64,000 nt of DNA, from IMG/VR virus record IMGVR_UViG_3300017917_000723, positions 1,251 through 65,250 of that record, one strand, 5' to 3'. The position numbers were made by a program, and so were the translations under genes. This document shows, one piece after another, positions 9,688-18,128 of the stretch (position 1 is the first letter of the stretch; the number at the start of each line of letters is the position of its first letter). The notes below the pieces were generated by a model. The model did no database searches, was not told where the DNA came from, and was given only the letters and a program-made list of their open reading frames with translations. This DNA is from a virus (taxonomy: Duplodnaviria; Caudoviricetes).

Positions 9688-10442
9688 TTTCTTTCTATAT
9701 CCTCTTCTTCACATTTTTCACCGTATTGGATTTCTACTATTTTACATGGAACATCATACGGATTGGTAAGTTGATGCCATTCGCCTACAGGAACCCGATA
9801 TTCTAAATGTTCTTTTAACATCGTAGGAGGCAAGTTATAGCCGCCCTCTGTCGTAGAGTTTACCACACAAGCACCGTGAGTTACTAACCAGTATTCTGCG
9901 CGATGATTATGTTTTTGCATACTGAGACTTTTGCCAGGTTCAACGGTTAATTCTTTAACTTTACAACCCGAAACTTCGTGCAATACTCTATAGTATCCCC
10001 ACTGCCGTTCGGTCTTAGGTGCCTTCCATTCTTCTAATATCCACGAACTAGAATTCATTTTGTTTTCACCGCCGACTCCAAAAACAAATTGTAGATTATC
10101 ATCCACAATATCCATTTCTGGAATATTTGACGATGTGCGGTCGCCGCCGTTGGCAAAAATAATTGTATCAGTGGGATAATTTAATCGAACTTTTCGAATA
10201 GCATCTTTAGCTGTTCCGTCAGAGTCGTCAAATTGAACGGTCCAATTAACTCCTCTAATATTTTTAACCACAGCTAATCGATCTTCCCATTTCATAAATG
10301 GACGACCTTTTTTGCGTGTGAGCCATTCGTCGCTGTTAAGACCAACGATGAGTTGATCTCCTAACTTTTTTGCCTCTTCAAAATATTTGATATGGCCAGA
10401 ATGTAAGGGGTCAAACCCGCCCGTAATTAAGACTATTTTCAT
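9684..10442 (-). CDS. Cytidylyltransferase-like (TagD/RfaE family) domain fused to a mannose-6-phosphate isomerase-type cupin
   Basis: TGGFDPLHSGH (HxGH), GLNSD and FANGGDR; C-terminal RQWGYY...SMQKHNHRAEYW...EIQYG...EEDIER cupin. Confidence 0.9.
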   Translation of the reverse strand: MKIVLITGGFDPLHSGHIKYFEEAKKLGDQLIVGLNSDEWLTRKKGRPFMKWEDRLAVVKNIRGVNWTVQFDDSDGTAKDAIRKVRLNYPTDTIIFANGGDRTSSNIPEMDIVDDNLQFVFGVGGENKMNSSSWILEEWKAPKTERQWGYYRVLHEVSGCKVKELTVEPGKSLSMQKHNHRAEYWLVTHGACVVNSTTEGGYNLPPTMLKEHLEYRVPVGEWHQLTNPYDVPCKIVEIQYGEKCEEEDIERK

Positions 10443-10447
10443 AGTCT

Positions 10448-10455
10448 TATTTATA
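10448..10455 (-). promoter_or_regulatory. T4-type late promoter TATAAATA heading the glycan operon
   Basis: Exact T4 late consensus 5 nt upstream of ATG 10442. Confidence 0.75.
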
Positions 10456-10474
10456 TGAGCAGTTTATTGGAAAA

Positions 10475-10930
10475 TTAAAGAGTGGCGTCTTCTAAGCCTG
10501 CTACTCGCAGTTTAACGATGTTGCTTAGATGCCATTGTTTTTGATCTAGGGCTTTGATAATGCCTAGCCATTTGTTTCTTAGTAATGCAAAGTCATTGAT
10601 AATCTTTTCAAAATCAACAACGTCAGCTTCACCTTCTACGAACTTTTCACAGTCCCTAGAAGATAAAGCTCGTTGATAATTTTCAAGATATTTGCGGAAG
10701 TATTGACTACGAATTCGACGCAACTCGATGTTTAGATATTCTAGAATTGCTTCGATTTCCTGAAGTTGGTTAAATCGGTTTTCAACAATGCCAGGCATAC
10801 TGGCGGATGCTTTCTCTATGTTTCCCGCTATGCGAGCATCTAACTTTGCCGCCTGTAATTCAGCTTCGTAGTATGCCACAGCATTTGGAATCTGCGAGAT
10901 ATCCTTTGAAACCTGATCATACCAATTCAT
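10475..10930 (-). CDS. uvsY: Recombination mediator UvsY-like
   Basis: Helical 151 aa protein (KYLENYQRALSSRD.EKFVEGEADV, IKALDQKQW) adjacent to uvsX. Confidence 0.75.
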   Translation of the reverse strand: MNWYDQVSKDISQIPNAVAYYEAELQAAKLDARIAGNIEKASASMPGIVENRFNQLQEIEAILEYLNIELRRIRSQYFRKYLENYQRALSSRDCEKFVEGEADVVDFEKIINDFALLRNKWLGIIKALDQKQWHLSNIVKLRVAGLEDATL

Positions 10931-11170
10931 TTAATCCTCATCTTGCCCGTAGTCATAATCTTCTTCGTCTTCGATTTCCTCACCGTCGATTGCGTATTCT
11001 ATAGCATCATCTAGGTAAGGGTCAACTCCCAATAAATGGTCCAAGGTAGATTCTTTGATACCATAATCCATTAAGGTGTTAACAAAGTCAGTGGCAACGT
11101 TTGCACGTTGCTTTTCTGGAATATGTTCTACTACCACTGACCACAAATCTGCAATTAAATCTTCTTTCAT
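10931..11170 (-). CDS. Small acidic hypothetical protein
   Basis: 79 aa with a D/E-rich tail, coupled between uvsX and uvsY. Confidence 0.75.
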   Translation of the reverse strand: MKEDLIADLWSVVVEHIPEKQRANVATDFVNTLMDYGIKESTLDHLLGVDPYLDDAIEYAIDGEEIEDEEDYDYGQDED

Positions 11171-12246
11171 TATGCGCTCTCCGTTTCAGGCTCAACTTTA
11201 GTAGTTATCTCGGAAACGGAATTTTCGCCGTGTTTTGAAATGTCTGCCATGATAGCATCTAAGCCACCATTCTCGTTTCTTTCCCACGCCTTGCGGAACT
11301 GCTTAATGATTTCGCCGTCTTTAGTTGTGTAAACAAGGCTATTTCCTTCTTTCTTTAGAAGACCCTTTTCTTCTGCCAGGTCTACCAGTCCACTATATGG
11401 ATTCATACCTGTTTCATAAGGAATCTTAACCTGTACACTTTCAAAAGGTTTTGCATAGCGAGTTTTCATAATCTTACAGGCAGCGCGAATACCTTTGACT
11501 TCGGAGATCTTATTACCATCTTCGTCTTCTTTCAACTTCAATTTGCGCATCGCTACAACAATCGAAGAAGCATAGATAAATCCTTGACCGCCACTGATCT
11601 TGTCATCAGGATCAAACATATCTTGTGAAGCGTATGTGTGATTAGTTGCGACTAGACCGATGTTTAGTGAACCAAACATATTAACACAGTTGCGAACCAA
11701 TGCTGTCAAGGCCTTAGGCTTACGGCCCATATCACCTTTCAAATCACCTGCTTCGAACTGATTAACGTCAGTTGGGGTTAACAACATACCTAGTGAATCT
11801 AATACAAACAACACCTTTGGACGAGTGTCTTCTGGCATGGCCTTGTACTCAGCAACAAATTCTGTAATAGTTTTTGCTACATCATCGATCATAGCCATAT
11901 TAAGTTTTAACAACTTATCTTCGCTAGTATCAACACCCAATGCCTTAAGCCAATCTTCGTCGAGTGCGTTTTCTGTATCAACTAGGATGGGATAAATTCC
12001 TTGTGCCTGTGCTGCCTTAATAAGATTGCCAGAACAAATATACGATTTACCTGCACCACTTTCGCCTGCAAACACAGTTACCTTACCCAGAGGAACGCCT
12101 TTGTGGAAGTCGCCACTAATTAGATAATTTAATGCGTAATTACCTGTGCTAACCCAATCTGTTGGATCATTGAAGCCAATTGACAAACCTTCGATAGACT
12201 TTGTAATTGACTTTCTAAATTTAGAAATATCAAATGCTTTAGCCAT
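11170..12246 (-). CDS. uvsX: RecA-like recombinase UvsX
   Basis: Walker A GESGAGKS, DTENA, LDSLG, DMGRKPK, TNHTY and SGGQGFIYASS. Confidence 0.95.
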   Translation of the reverse strand: MAKAFDISKFRKSITKSIEGLSIGFNDPTDWVSTGNYALNYLISGDFHKGVPLGKVTVFAGESGAGKSYICSGNLIKAAQAQGIYPILVDTENALDEDWLKALGVDTSEDKLLKLNMAMIDDVAKTITEFVAEYKAMPEDTRPKVLFVLDSLGMLLTPTDVNQFEAGDLKGDMGRKPKALTALVRNCVNMFGSLNIGLVATNHTYASQDMFDPDDKISGGQGFIYASSIVVAMRKLKLKEDEDGNKISEVKGIRAACKIMKTRYAKPFESVQVKIPYETGMNPYSGLVDLAEEKGLLKKEGNSLVYTTKDGEIIKQFRKAWERNENGGLDAIMADISKHGENSVSEITTKVEPETESA

Positions 12247-12437
12247 TAGTTGTCAACCTCCATCGTATTCCATTCTTTTACAACAGCGATCATTTCTTCT
12301 TCTGAATTACAGAGAATCTTCGCTGTCTTCCATTCGCTGTCTTCATCACGACCGCCTACTTCGACCATAAAGCCGTTGTCATAACGGTTAAGAGTGATCG
12401 ACTCGTTTACTTTTGCTAATTTAGATAATTTTGCCAT
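12246..12437 (-). CDS. Small hypothetical protein (63 aa)
   Basis: Start at ATG 12437 behind a GGAG SD; coupled to uvsX. Confidence 0.7.
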   Translation of the reverse strand: MAKLSKLAKVNESITLNRYDNGFMVEVGGRDEDSEWKTAKILCNSEEEMIAVVKEWNTMEVDN

Positions 12438-12454
12438 AGTTATTCTCCAGTGAA

Positions 12455-12480
12455 GAGAGTGCGAGCAAGCCCGCACTCTT
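12455..12480 (-). terminator. Stem-loop downstream of gp32 (weak terminator or RNA-stabilising hairpin)
   Basis: Minus strand AAGAGTGCGGG CTTG CTCGCACTCT followed by CTT. Confidence 0.5.
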
Positions 12481-12488
12481 GTTTATTA

Positions 12489-13493
12489 TTATTGCTTTTG
12501 ACGATTGCGAATCATGGCCAAGATATCTTGAGCACGTGATGCGCCTTCGCTGCCTGCTGCCGGAGCTTCTGCTTTTGGAGCAGGTGCTGCCTTTTGAGCA
12601 GGCTCATCTTCCCAAGGAAGTTCTTCTTCACTAGATGCAGGAGCAGCAGCCTTTGGAGCAGCCGCAGTTCTAGCTACTGGATCACCAGTTGCAGAACCCA
12701 TACCTGCTGGTTTGAAATATTGACCCCAACGGTCCATGTCGTAGGCTTCGCCGTCGACTGATGCTTCAAACATTTCTTTCATTACCTTAAGCTCAACATC
12801 AGTTGGCTTCTTAGGAAGGAATGCTGAAAGATCAAATAGACCATATTGATCAATAGCTGCCTTTTCAGCGTCAGATAGTGTACGCTCACGACGGCTCCAC
12901 TTAGATGTAGAGTAGTCTGCGAAACCACCTTTGCTAGTCTTGGCGATTTTGAAGTCAACACCTCGGAGGTAATCAGTTGGAAGTTCTTCCAACTCTGGGT
13001 CCATTAGCGCAGATTTAATCGTTTGGAAAATCTGAGGACCAATGATGAATCTACGAATCGGATTTTCGGGTGTGTTTTCTTCTTTAAGGGCATCTTCTAC
13101 TACAAAGCCTTGGAAGATGTAAGAACGCTTCTTCCAATACTTACGACCCATGTCTTCCAATGACTTGTCTTTGAACCAACCACGGACTTCGCTTAGGATA
13201 GGACAAACTGATCCGTCATTGTACATTTCAACACAGGGAACCTGTACTTGAACTGGACGTGAATCTGTTTCACCTTTAATACCTGCGAATGGGAGTTTGA
13301 TCATCGCACGTTCTACCCAGAAGAATGTGTTGTTTGCATTGCCATCTGGAAGAAAACGAACTACGGCTTCTTTGCCTTCTTGCATATTCCAATGCGGATA
13401 AATCGCATTGTCGCCGCCTGATGATGATGTAGAATTTGAACCTTTATTTTGTGCTTCTTGAAGTTTCGCACGAATTTCTGCTAATGTTGCCAT
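12489..13493 (-). CDS. gp32: Single-stranded DNA-binding protein, T4 gp32 family
   Basis: VRFLPD, CVEMY...CPI, RKYWKKRSY, GVDFKIAKTSKGGFADYSTSKW and an Ala/Pro-rich linker. Confidence 0.92.
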   Translation of the reverse strand: MATLAEIRAKLQEAQNKGSNSTSSSGGDNAIYPHWNMQEGKEAVVRFLPDGNANNTFFWVERAMIKLPFAGIKGETDSRPVQVQVPCVEMYNDGSVCPILSEVRGWFKDKSLEDMGRKYWKKRSYIFQGFVVEDALKEENTPENPIRRFIIGPQIFQTIKSALMDPELEELPTDYLRGVDFKIAKTSKGGFADYSTSKWSRRERTLSDAEKAAIDQYGLFDLSAFLPKKPTDVELKVMKEMFEASVDGEAYDMDRWGQYFKPAGMGSATGDPVARTAAAPKAAAPASSEEELPWEDEPAQKAAPAPKAEAPAAGSEGASRAQDILAMIRNRQKQ

Positions 13494-13548
13494 TTTAATT
13501 TAGCCTCCTATAATTTGCCTTAAAATGTATGCCTTGCGCATAAAACTT

Positions 13549-13577
13549 ATTATGCGTGTTTTATTTAGCAAGGTCAA
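13549..13577 (-). promoter_or_regulatory. gp32 promoter: sigma70-type TTGACC-N17-CATAAT with a nested late TAAATA (13562-13567)
   Basis: Minus strand TTGACC ttgcTAAATAaaacacg CATAAT; GGAGG SD before ATG 13493. Confidence 0.65.
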
Positions 13578-13601
13578 GTATATATCGAGATTTTATTTCA
13601 C

Positions 13602-13634
13602 CAAAAAGAAAAATCCACGTTAACCGTGGATTTC
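13602..13634 (-). terminator. Rho-independent terminator
   Basis: AAATCCACG GTTAA CGTGGATTT followed by TTCTTTTT; overlaps the stop at 13620. Confidence 0.75.
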
Positions 13635-13815
13635 TCTATACTTGAGTAATGCTAGTTGTCTAGCTAAAAACAATCTCCATTTGATATGTTCTGGAAGATC
13701 GTCGTCCTGATCATCGTGTTCTAACCTTGGTCTACTGTAGCCTCGATGAATCGAATCTTCAAATTCAAACTCAACTTCAGTGTCGTCAAGAGTTAGAACA
13801 ATAGATCGATAAGGA
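13620..13815 (-). CDS. Small acidic-then-basic hypothetical ORF; start codon unresolved
   Basis: Protein-like sequence DDTEVEFEFED...HIKWRLFLARQLALLKYREIHG ends at a terminator. There is no ATG/GTG/TTG after the upstream gene's stop. Confidence 0.45.
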
Positions 13816-14022
13816 TTACTTCTTAGCAGGCTCAGCTTTTTTGTCGCTGCTTTTGGTGGCGTCAGCGGCCTTCTTTTCAGCCGGCTTGGCTGCAGATGCT
13901 GCTGGTGCTGCGGCTGCTGGTTTGGCTTCTTCTTTCTTAGCAGGTGCTGCTGGTGCTGCTGGTGCTTGTGCGAAAGCGGATACTGCAAATAAAGATACTA
14001 CTAGAGCTAATACTGATTTCAT
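13816..14022 (-). CDS. Secreted Ala/Lys/Pro-rich small protein with Sec signal peptide
   Basis: AAGGAG SD then MKSVLALVVSLFAVSAFA|QAPAAPAAPAKKEEAK...; AFA signal peptidase I site. Confidence 0.85.
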   Translation of the reverse strand: MKSVLALVVSLFAVSAFAQAPAAPAAPAKKEEAKPAAAAPAASAAKPAEKKAADATKSSDKKAEPAKK

Positions 14023-14099
14023 GTGAAATCTCCTTTTAAGTATCGCAGACAATATCATCTGCGTATATATACAACGCCTTAGGAATAGAATTAGTTGAC

Positions 14100-14123
14100 A
14101 AAAGAAAGGGCACCGAAGTGCCC
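14100..14123 (-). terminator. Rho-independent terminator with UUCG loop
   Basis: GGGCAC TTCG GTGCCC TTTCTTTT on the minus strand. Confidence 0.85.
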
Positions 14124-14145
14124 AATCTAACTGCTACGAACAATA

Positions 14146-16023
14146 TTAAATTCTTGCTAGTTCTTTAATACGAGCCAATTCTGCTAATTCTGGGTTTTGG
14201 TCTGTGCTTTGTTGTGGTGCCATTCTTTCTACAAATTTACGAGCAACTTGTTCTGCCTGTTCGCCAAACTTTTTGCCTACCATTGTTACCACACCCTCTG
14301 GGCCTTTAGGGAAAGTGTTAGATTCTTTGTCATAAAAGCTCATAATGAACTCAGCTAATGACTTAGTATCCATACTTTCACCACTTTCGCCTCTCATTTT
14401 TCTTAGTGTATCTTTATCGCTAATGTTTCTTTCTTTTTCTTTTTCTAGATCGTCGTGGCTAACTTTCCAGTCATCACCGCCTTTTGCCTTACGCATATAC
14501 GCAGGAACATCGCTCTTCTTAGGACCGTCTGCAGATTCTTGAGGAACTGGTTCTTCTGCTGGTGCCGCTGCTGGTTCAGCAGCTACAGGTTCTTCTGCAG
14601 GTGCTTCGCCTGCTGCTGGTTCCTCTACAAAATCGCCAAAATCTAACTGCTCTAATGCTTCAGGAGCATTTAGTTCTAACCAATCTTTAACTAGACCTCG
14701 GCAGCAACTTTCTGGATCTTGTGCAGCCTGTTCTTTAATTCTCTTGTATAATTCCGGATCTTCAATCAGTCCCTTTAGGCTCTCGATAGCATTAGTACCA
14801 TCTACACCTGCAGGAAAATGTTGACCCACTAGTTCTTGTAATTTTTGTATTGCTGCCTGTTGCTCTTCTGGATCTTCTGAAGTAACTGCAGAATCTTCAC
14901 CTAAACCCATTACCCAGTTTTCAAACTTAGCAAAAGGATCAAATGTGTCTTCTTCTACATCAACGTCTTCGTTCTGCATTTCTTCTTGTGTCATTGCGAC
15001 TATGTCGTCATAGCCTATCGTGTTTCCCTCTTTCATTAGTCTATATAAGACCGGAAATACGCTTGCGATATCTTCTTTGAATGAACGAACTGTAAATTTT
15101 TCTTTAAAATCTTCTACAACTTCTTGTGGAACTTCTTCTTGGCCTTGTGCTTGGAAGTTTTCTATATATGCCTCATAATGGCTTTGTTTGCTCAGTGCCT
15201 TGATTTGTTCACGTAGGCTGTTCAAATATGATGTTGAACGCTCTACTACAGAGTTAGTTTCGGAATTCATTAGGTCGTTACGAACAACATAATTACCAAA
15301 GCTCTTTAGTGCTGCGATTTCTTCGCTCATTCTAATAATGCTCTTACCAACCTCGTCGTAAGGAACACCGCCGTTGGCCACGTGACGTTGCATAGCACGA
15401 GCACCTGCTAGGTGAATGAATGGATATTTAAATCTTTCTCCGTCTTGATTTTCTACAAATAATGCATTAATGTGACGTGTTCTAGCGCCTGGCTGTGTAT
15501 CGTCCATGACTGCTTGATTGTGTTTAATAATAAGACGTGTGTCTAAAAGATTTTGATAGCTCATTAATCGGCTACCATACATTGAGCTTTCTGCCATAAT
15601 ACTTTCTCCGACGGGCTTTTGAATAGTGTTCATTTGTTGTTTAGGTTGAGCATTTTGGCTCAAAAATTCATAATCTCGTTTATCTAGATTATCCTTAGCG
15701 ATATCTCTAGTATCAAAACTTAGTAGTCTGCGTTTAGCAAACCCACGTAATTCTTTCAAGAAACCATACCAATTAGTCTTTTGCCCATCATCCATACCTT
15801 CTGTGATTCCGTGGCTGAAATAAACTTTCATTGAATTAGGTTCAGCTAGGCTAATACTAACGTGCCCAATTGGTTGTTCGCCTTCCATATAATCAAAATC
15901 AAAGAAGCGAGCCTCTTCTGGATTAATGGTTATTTGGCCTGTTTCAGCACCTAATTTTAGGCCTGTGAAGCGGCTGCGAATTTTATAGAATAAATCTGTA
16001 GCGATATTGTTTCTTGCGTCCAT
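14146..16023 (-). CDS. Large acidic hypothetical protein, probably virion/head-associated
   Basis: Start moved to ATG 16023 (ATAAATA-N5-ATG). Directly follows the terminase gene; Glu/Ala/Pro-rich C-terminal third. Confidence 0.7.
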   Translation of the reverse strand: MDARNNIATDLFYKIRSRFTGLKLGAETGQITINPEEARFFDFDYMEGEQPIGHVSISLAEPNSMKVYFSHGITEGMDDGQKTNWYGFLKELRGFAKRRLLSFDTRDIAKDNLDKRDYEFLSQNAQPKQQMNTIQKPVGESIMAESSMYGSRLMSYQNLLDTRLIIKHNQAVMDDTQPGARTRHINALFVENQDGERFKYPFIHLAGARAMQRHVANGGVPYDEVGKSIIRMSEEIAALKSFGNYVVRNDLMNSETNSVVERSTSYLNSLREQIKALSKQSHYEAYIENFQAQGQEEVPQEVVEDFKEKFTVRSFKEDIASVFPVLYRLMKEGNTIGYDDIVAMTQEEMQNEDVDVEEDTFDPFAKFENWVMGLGEDSAVTSEDPEEQQAAIQKLQELVGQHFPAGVDGTNAIESLKGLIEDPELYKRIKEQAAQDPESCCRGLVKDWLELNAPEALEQLDFGDFVEEPAAGEAPAEEPVAAEPAAAPAEEPVPQESADGPKKSDVPAYMRKAKGGDDWKVSHDDLEKEKERNISDKDTLRKMRGESGESMDTKSLAEFIMSFYDKESNTFPKGPEGVVTMVGKKFGEQAEQVARKFVERMAPQQSTDQNPELAELARIKELARI

Positions 16024-16034
16024 AAGTGTATTTA

Positions 16035-17621
16035 TCATAAACCCATGCTGACAAAGATCGGCATAGGCATTGATTCTTCCGTGATTTTTTCAGTCATTTT
16101 TTCGTAGACCTGCGGATCCCAGTCTGCTAGTACTTCTGCCATGCGTACTATTAGCAGGGTAGAACTTACTAGATCGTCATGCTCTCCAGATTTAGCTTTA
16201 AAACCTAGTCCTGTAGCCACGAATGTTTTTAGCTCAGAGATAAGCGGTTTACTGTGGATTTTCATCTTATTAGTTTCGACCATGTTCTTAAGTATAGAAC
16301 ATGCTGTTATCTTAGTGCGATGTGTTGTGTTAAATCCTTTGCGGAATTTACGCACATGTCCTTTGCGTATAGGCTCTGATAAGAATAAACCTGGAAAGTT
16401 TTCCTCGCCTATATCGCTGATAACAATTAGAGCAGCTTCACCGATGTTATTATTTTCTACAGAATAATATATCTGCGGAACTGCGCCTTTTTCTTCGCCG
16501 CGATCGTGAATATAACGAAGTATTTCTCGCATATGTTTAACCTGTTGCTGTACAGGTGTTTCGTTATGATGCCACTCTGCAACCTGCGTCATGCTAGGCA
16601 TTTCATATACCTGTATAGCACCATAGTCTCCGCCCGTACCTAAACTAGGATCAAGTGCAACTAGATATGTACATTTAGGATCGATATCTTTATACCAACG
16701 TGTTTGCCCCATAGTCATGTAAGGCTCTGATCCCTGCATTTCTACAAGTTTTACTGAATGTATCAGTGTTTCATCATAGATCAAGAATTCACATTCAAAT
16801 TCTCGACGGAAACGTTCTTCACCAATCTTAGCTTTTTCTAATCTAGCCCAAGCATCATCTCGATCGGGGTGTTCGTTCCAGTGGGCAAAGAACGCAAAGA
16901 AACCGTTTTGTCCTAACTGTTGTTCGTTGCCAAACTCATCAAACTTTTTATTTGCTTCTGTCCAGATCATAGCGAACTGATCTTCGTCGGAGTTCGGTGT
17001 TGATGTAATAATTGCTTTACCGCCTGTGGCTAGTGTTGGTGATAACGCAGTCCAGAACTCTTTGGCCTTTTCTGGCGGTTGCACGAACGCAAACTCGTCG
17101 CAGTATATTAGAGAAAGAGATTTACCACGACCGGTATTTTCTGTAGTTGTAGTTGCTTGTATACGACTTCCATTATCGTATTCGATAGTATTTCTGTTGT
17201 AGGAATAAACACCTGCACGAATAAAGTCTGGAAGGTTTTCATAGGCATATCGATAACGATCCATGATGTCTCGAGCACCTTCGTATTTGTGTGCTGCAAT
17301 TAATACCTGAACGTCTGGAACAAACATAGTATACCATAACAAATAAGCAACTGCACATGTAGTTTTACCCATCTGTCGAGGTAACATAGCAATACACTGT
17401 TTGTTATTATGGTATGCATGGATTAGTCTTTCCTGGAATTCATAAGGTTCAAATGGAATCGATCCTCTTACCGGGTGTTGAATCTTAATAAAGTTTTTGG
17501 CAAAATACAAAGGACCATCTACAGGATCCATGCACCTTTCAAGGTGTTGGACTTCTTCAAGAGTATACTTGATCTGGGCATGGGCCTTCTTAATTAAATT
17601 GCCGTCTAATGATTTTGACAT
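16035..17621 (-). CDS. gp17: Terminase large subunit
   Basis: YFAKNFIKI, Q motif YEFQ, Walker A PRQMGKTT, Walker B YCDEFAF, ITSTPN, nuclease LDPSLGTGGDY and HDDLV. Confidence 0.97.
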   Translation of the reverse strand: MSKSLDGNLIKKAHAQIKYTLEEVQHLERCMDPVDGPLYFAKNFIKIQHPVRGSIPFEPYEFQERLIHAYHNNKQCIAMLPRQMGKTTCAVAYLLWYTMFVPDVQVLIAAHKYEGARDIMDRYRYAYENLPDFIRAGVYSYNRNTIEYDNGSRIQATTTTENTGRGKSLSLIYCDEFAFVQPPEKAKEFWTALSPTLATGGKAIITSTPNSDEDQFAMIWTEANKKFDEFGNEQQLGQNGFFAFFAHWNEHPDRDDAWARLEKAKIGEERFRREFECEFLIYDETLIHSVKLVEMQGSEPYMTMGQTRWYKDIDPKCTYLVALDPSLGTGGDYGAIQVYEMPSMTQVAEWHHNETPVQQQVKHMREILRYIHDRGEEKGAVPQIYYSVENNNIGEAALIVISDIGEENFPGLFLSEPIRKGHVRKFRKGFNTTHRTKITACSILKNMVETNKMKIHSKPLISELKTFVATGLGFKAKSGEHDDLVSSTLLIVRMAEVLADWDPQVYEKMTEKITEESMPMPIFVSMGL

Positions 17622-17626
17622 AACTT

Positions 17627-17632
17627 TATTTA
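17627..17632 (-). promoter_or_regulatory. Late promoter core TAAATA, 5 nt before terminase ATG
   Basis: GTAAATA AAGTT ATG. Confidence 0.65.
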
Positions 17633-17635
17633 CTG

Positions 17636-17663
17636 AAAAAAATAGGGCCTTGCGGCCCTATTT
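17636..17663 (-). terminator. Rho-independent terminator with GCAA loop
   Basis: AAATAGGGCC GCAA GGCCCTATTT TTTT. Confidence 0.9.
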
Positions 17664-17678
17664 GATATATTAGCTTAA

Positions 17679-18128
17679 TTAAGCAAATGTTAAACCTGTT
17701 AACGCTACTTCAGTAATAGTAATGTCGTTTTCGGCAACACCTAACGCTGCACCGATAGCATCTTCTAGATTTTCGTAAGAACCGTCAAACGATGTAGAAG
17801 CACCGTACCCGTTACCAGAATCTGCTTTATTAGTATTGATTAGGGCAACAAACTGGTTAGCACCACTTGCTGTTGGAATTCCTACATAATAAATTTCAGC
17901 TAAAGACTGTAGACCTCTAACAGCTTTGGACATATTACTGTTTGCTGCTGTAGGTGTTGTTGTAAAATTAATTGTTGCAGAAACAACTTTGATAGCCTGT
18001 AACTTTGGTGTACCAAAACTTGTGTAAGGACCAACGCCGCTGGCGCCGTCTCCTAAAATTTTTCTAGCATTAGCGTCAATATTACCTGTTAAACCGCCGC
18101 CGATTGCTACTCCGTATAAGTCTGCCAT
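17679..18128 (-). CDS. Hypothetical virion protein
   Basis: 149 aa, Gly/Ala/Thr-rich, in the structural operon. Confidence 0.65.
   Translation of the reverse strand: MADLYGVAIGGGLTGNIDANARKILGDGASGVGPYTSFGTPKLQAIKVVSATINFTTTPTAANSNMSKAVRGLQSLAEIYYVGIPTASGANQFVALINTNKADSGNGYGASTSFDGSYENLEDAIGAALGVAENDITITEVALTGLTFA

Noticed and set aside
14095-14100. Plus-strand TTGACA as a sigma70 -35 box
   Set aside because: There is no -10 element at 16-18 nt (the terminator hairpin lies there) and no plus-strand gene downstream.
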